From Albugo candida (Eukaryota): a DNA stretch of 64,000 bases. Under the pieces are notes generated by a model, which worked only from the letters and a program-made list of their open reading frames with translations, did not search any database and had not been told where the DNA came from. Every line of letters begins with the position of its first letter. The stretch's first letter is position 1. Made by a program: the position numbers and the translations under genes. The DNA lies in NCBI GenBank assembly GCA_040437565.1, contig JBDOQK010000002.1, forward strand, positions 806,001-870,000, in the 5' to 3' direction. Shown in pieces: positions 61,173-64,000 of this stretch.

Positions 61173-62199
61173 AGACGGTAGTTTTTAACCAGAAAGTTCA
61201 CAACGGGTGTTATCCGAAACAAACAAGTCATCGTCTTGATAATTACACGATCGCAAAATCGGTGCATGCTACTCACAATAAGACAGCACTCGAATCAAGT
61301 ACAAAAAAAAGCTAGGTAACAAACTGTATACGTTCCGGTTCAAAACTGGACCAAGGCTAAGTATGAGTGATTAGTTTTGGAGTACACAGAACTGGCACTC
61401 GGGATCCCAATCTGAGGCTCTACTTAGACATTTAGGAATGTAAAGAAAAACAAAAGATAAACTCCATTTGATTCCTCGACAGCTACTTTGGAGCTAGAAT
61501 GTCACGGTCAAAGCATCACTTCCCACCTCTTTCAGGCGATTCACATTGAGTTTGTTACAAGGCCGAAATAAGAATATTCCGTCGTCACGTCAAGATTGCG
61601 CAAAAATGCTTAGATATTTGGTGATCAAATTCTGCTGAAGCCGTGTTAGAGATAGCCGACGGTAATGTGCTCGATAAGAGGATGATAACGTTTGCTGGAG
61701 GCTGATCATAGGATCTGAGCGATTTTTTTGGTAGAAGCGGTGACCGAATTAATGTACCTCCTCGATATATGTCTTTTTAAGCGTTCGGACTATCGTAGAA
61801 GCACTTGTTTATGATTTTATCTGTAATAAATAGCNNNNNNNNNNNNNNNNNNNNNNNNNNNNNNNNNNNNNNNNNNNNNNNNNNNNNNNNNNNNNNNNNN
61901 NNNNNNNNNNNNNNNNNNNNNNNNNNNNNNNNNNCTGCTGAAGCCGTGTTAGAGATAGCCGACGGTAATGTGCTCGATAAGAGGATGATAACGTTTGCTG
62001 GAGGCTGATCATAGGATCTGAGCGATTTTTTTGGTAGAAGCGGTGACCGAATTAATGTACCTCCTCGATATATGTCTTTTTAAGCGTTCGGACTATCGTA
62101 GAAGCACTTGTTTATGATTTTATCTGTAATAAATAGCATATGGCATAGCTGTGATCTTGACCGGACGATGTCAATGAACTTTGTTCTTCACATAGAATG

Positions 62200-63105
62200 T
62201 CAATAATGCGAGGCAGATCTACGATAACAACAGAAGCACATTAGACTATGCAATGATCTTGCAAAGTTGCAATCACTAACAAAAACGAATACGCCAATTG
62301 ATATTGTCATTTTCATATTTTGTATCCACAGGTGTCGTCGAAGGCTCTTGCTAGATTCTGCAAAAGCTGCGGACTGCGAACTGTAAAGCGATTTCATCAA
62401 TTTTTACCGGGCCATTCAAGTAAAAGCGGCTCTGAAAGACACAGACCTGAGTTGATCCGATTTGTCCACCAGCAGCTCAATTTTGTCCCCTCTATCCAGC
62501 ACTTTTTCTACAAGCAGGTTGAAGATTCGCAGAAGAATAAGCAGCATTCTTCTCACGCAAATTTTGGTGCATATTGTCTTTGACTTTTTCCATATCGGCC
62601 TGCAAAGCACGCAATTTATCTTGTCCTCCATCAGTCGAAAAGATTTTCTGTTGAGCAGAGTAAAAGAAGAAGATCTCAAAAATAAAGCAACCATTCTTCA
62701 TACCATTTGATTTTCTAAAGTAGGTGCGAAATCCCGATTCATATCCAGTGCAAGCTTTGTAGCTTTGCCTCTTATCCCAAATTCATTTTCGAAAAGTTGA
62801 TTGATGTATTTAAGGAAAAGTGCAGCTGATCTAAGAAAGAGAGATGACAACATGGACACAGGTACTTTTTGAAAAAATTACTGCTTTCCAAAAGTTCGAG
62901 TTGTCACGCAGATGTACACGACTTCGTCGCACACGCGATAGCTGTATGTTTTGGTCTCGTACTCAACAGACTCGGTAGAGTTACTATTAAACTCAAGCTT
63001 CTTGACTAGTTTGTGTGCTATATCGCTCATCTTTTTATCGCCATTCGTATTGTGTTCTGCCAAAGAGCAGCTTTTGTTAGCAATAAGACAGTAGAGTATT
63101 GTCAT
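62200..63105 (-). CDS. VAMP7: VAMP7-like longin R-SNARE, 4 exons
   Basis: Longin MTILYCLIA...LAEH; SNARE VKDNMHQNL/KVLDRGDKIELLVDKSDQL/SQSAAF...LRRHLW; hydrophobic C-terminal region. Confidence 0.88.
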
Positions 63106-63828
63106 CGGCTTTTCGACTGGAATAGTGTGATGAACTTCCTTAAGTACGGTATAAGACATATTGTATAATACTGGAAGCGACAATACCAAGTTTAATAAAT
63201 ACTCGACACGGGTTAGACTTAGGATTCTCTCAAATGTATGAAGCTCATCACGATGATTTGTATGTCATGCACTATCCTTGTGGCAATTAAGACGACTTTC
63301 TAGATTGGAGATTAAAGATTAAAGATGGCAGATCTAACCCAAATCTTGCAATTCTAGATGTGTCAATGCGCAAGAAATGATTCGACAGTCAATCAGTATC
63401 TCAACTTGTAGTCTGCTATAATGAAATCATTTAATGATGATAAAAATACTGTTCCAGGAATCTAGTCTCAAAATCACAGTTACGTCGCTTTCATCTATGT
63501 ATCTTTATTCAATGACCTCGCTCAATTGGTCGCAAGTAACTTAAGGGAGATAATAAAAAAATTATCTCCTAATCCAGCACACTTCCTTGCAAGAGCAACT
63601 GCCACAGAACTACCTTTCTGACAAAAGAAGCAGGTTGAGCGAAAGCAGCTCAATGTAGTCGTTTATTCCGATCATTTATCACGGACGGTATGAAAGTTCA
63701 AGGTCTGTACATTCGTAAAACATTGCTGGCCACCACACCTCTGCGACATTTCCCACCACCTTCATGCGACCATTGTGCTCTGCTTTTGCGCTTCTGCCAA
63801 AAAGCGTCACAGCCATTTTCATATCGCA

Positions 63829-64000
63829 ATGAGCTTTGTGCAAGTCAATGTTGGATCCGGAGGCAACACAATCCTTGAGAAATACACTTTAGGTGACGTA
63901 CTCATGTGCAAATCCCACCGCGGAAAACTGCAGGAGATAATGTTTCTCTTGGAACAAGTGCATTCCGATATAAATTATCGCAATCAGGCAAGTCAATAGC
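63829..64000 (+). CDS. 5' end of a gene, possibly a CAMK-type kinase, truncated by the window edge
   Basis: ATG 63829 MSFVQVNVGSGGNTILEKYTLGD resembles the lead-in to kinase subdomain I; the glycine-rich loop itself is not visible. Confidence 0.3.

Noticed and set aside
61044-61315. C-terminal extension of the carboxypeptidase in the ORF track
   Set aside because: Splicing intron 61044-61091 restores AGHMVPHDQP and ends the protein at 61172.
61357-61428. Possible C/D box snoRNA (CTAAGTA...TACTTAG stem, GTGATTA, CTGA)
   Set aside because: Box C is imperfect, the box-to-stem spacing is non-canonical, and I could not identify an rRNA guide.
890-62137. Nine apparent tandem duplications (890-1132/1233-1475, 4888-5187/5288-5587, 13176-13371/13472-13667, 21889-23116/23217-24444, 26287-26527/26628-26868, 33479-34296/34397-35214, 50070-50433/50534-50897, 54223-54288/54389-54454, 61632-61834/61935-62137)
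   Set aside because: Each sits exactly either side of a 100-N gap and is near-identical, so they are unmerged contig overlaps rather than gene duplications or LTRs.

Overview
Gene-dense eukaryotic genomic DNA with many 40-70 nt GT-AG introns and intergenic gaps often under 150 bp. The gene content and architecture fit a compact oomycete genome such as Albugo; this is an inference and was not searched. About 27 protein-coding loci are readable: a Trm9-like methyltransferase, a type II AAA ATPase, adenylate kinase, TSR1, a BAG6-like protein, kinesin-4, a TBC protein, a TLC protein, DNAAF9/Shulin, an AGC kinase, a sterol desaturase-family protein, ATG9, POT1, a GCFC/PAXBP1 protein, a GBP/atlastin-like GTPase, paladin, an ankyrin-PDZ protein, TTLL6, a cullin, tRNA-IPT, a serine carboxypeptidase and VAMP7. 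There are ten 100-N gaps, nine flanked by duplicated sequence that is an assembly overlap artefact. The most notable items not shown by the ORF track are (i) an intron-containing UBE2T (FANCT) pseudogene with stops, frameshifts and loss of the catalytic Cys, (ii) a ~450 bp foldback/inverted-plus-direct repeat locus at 58.7-59.3 kb, (iii) a POT1 with a probable extra N-terminal OB-like region, and (iv) apparent pseudo-enzymes (TBC, AAA). I found no convincing new multi-gene system, RNA gene or intact transposon.
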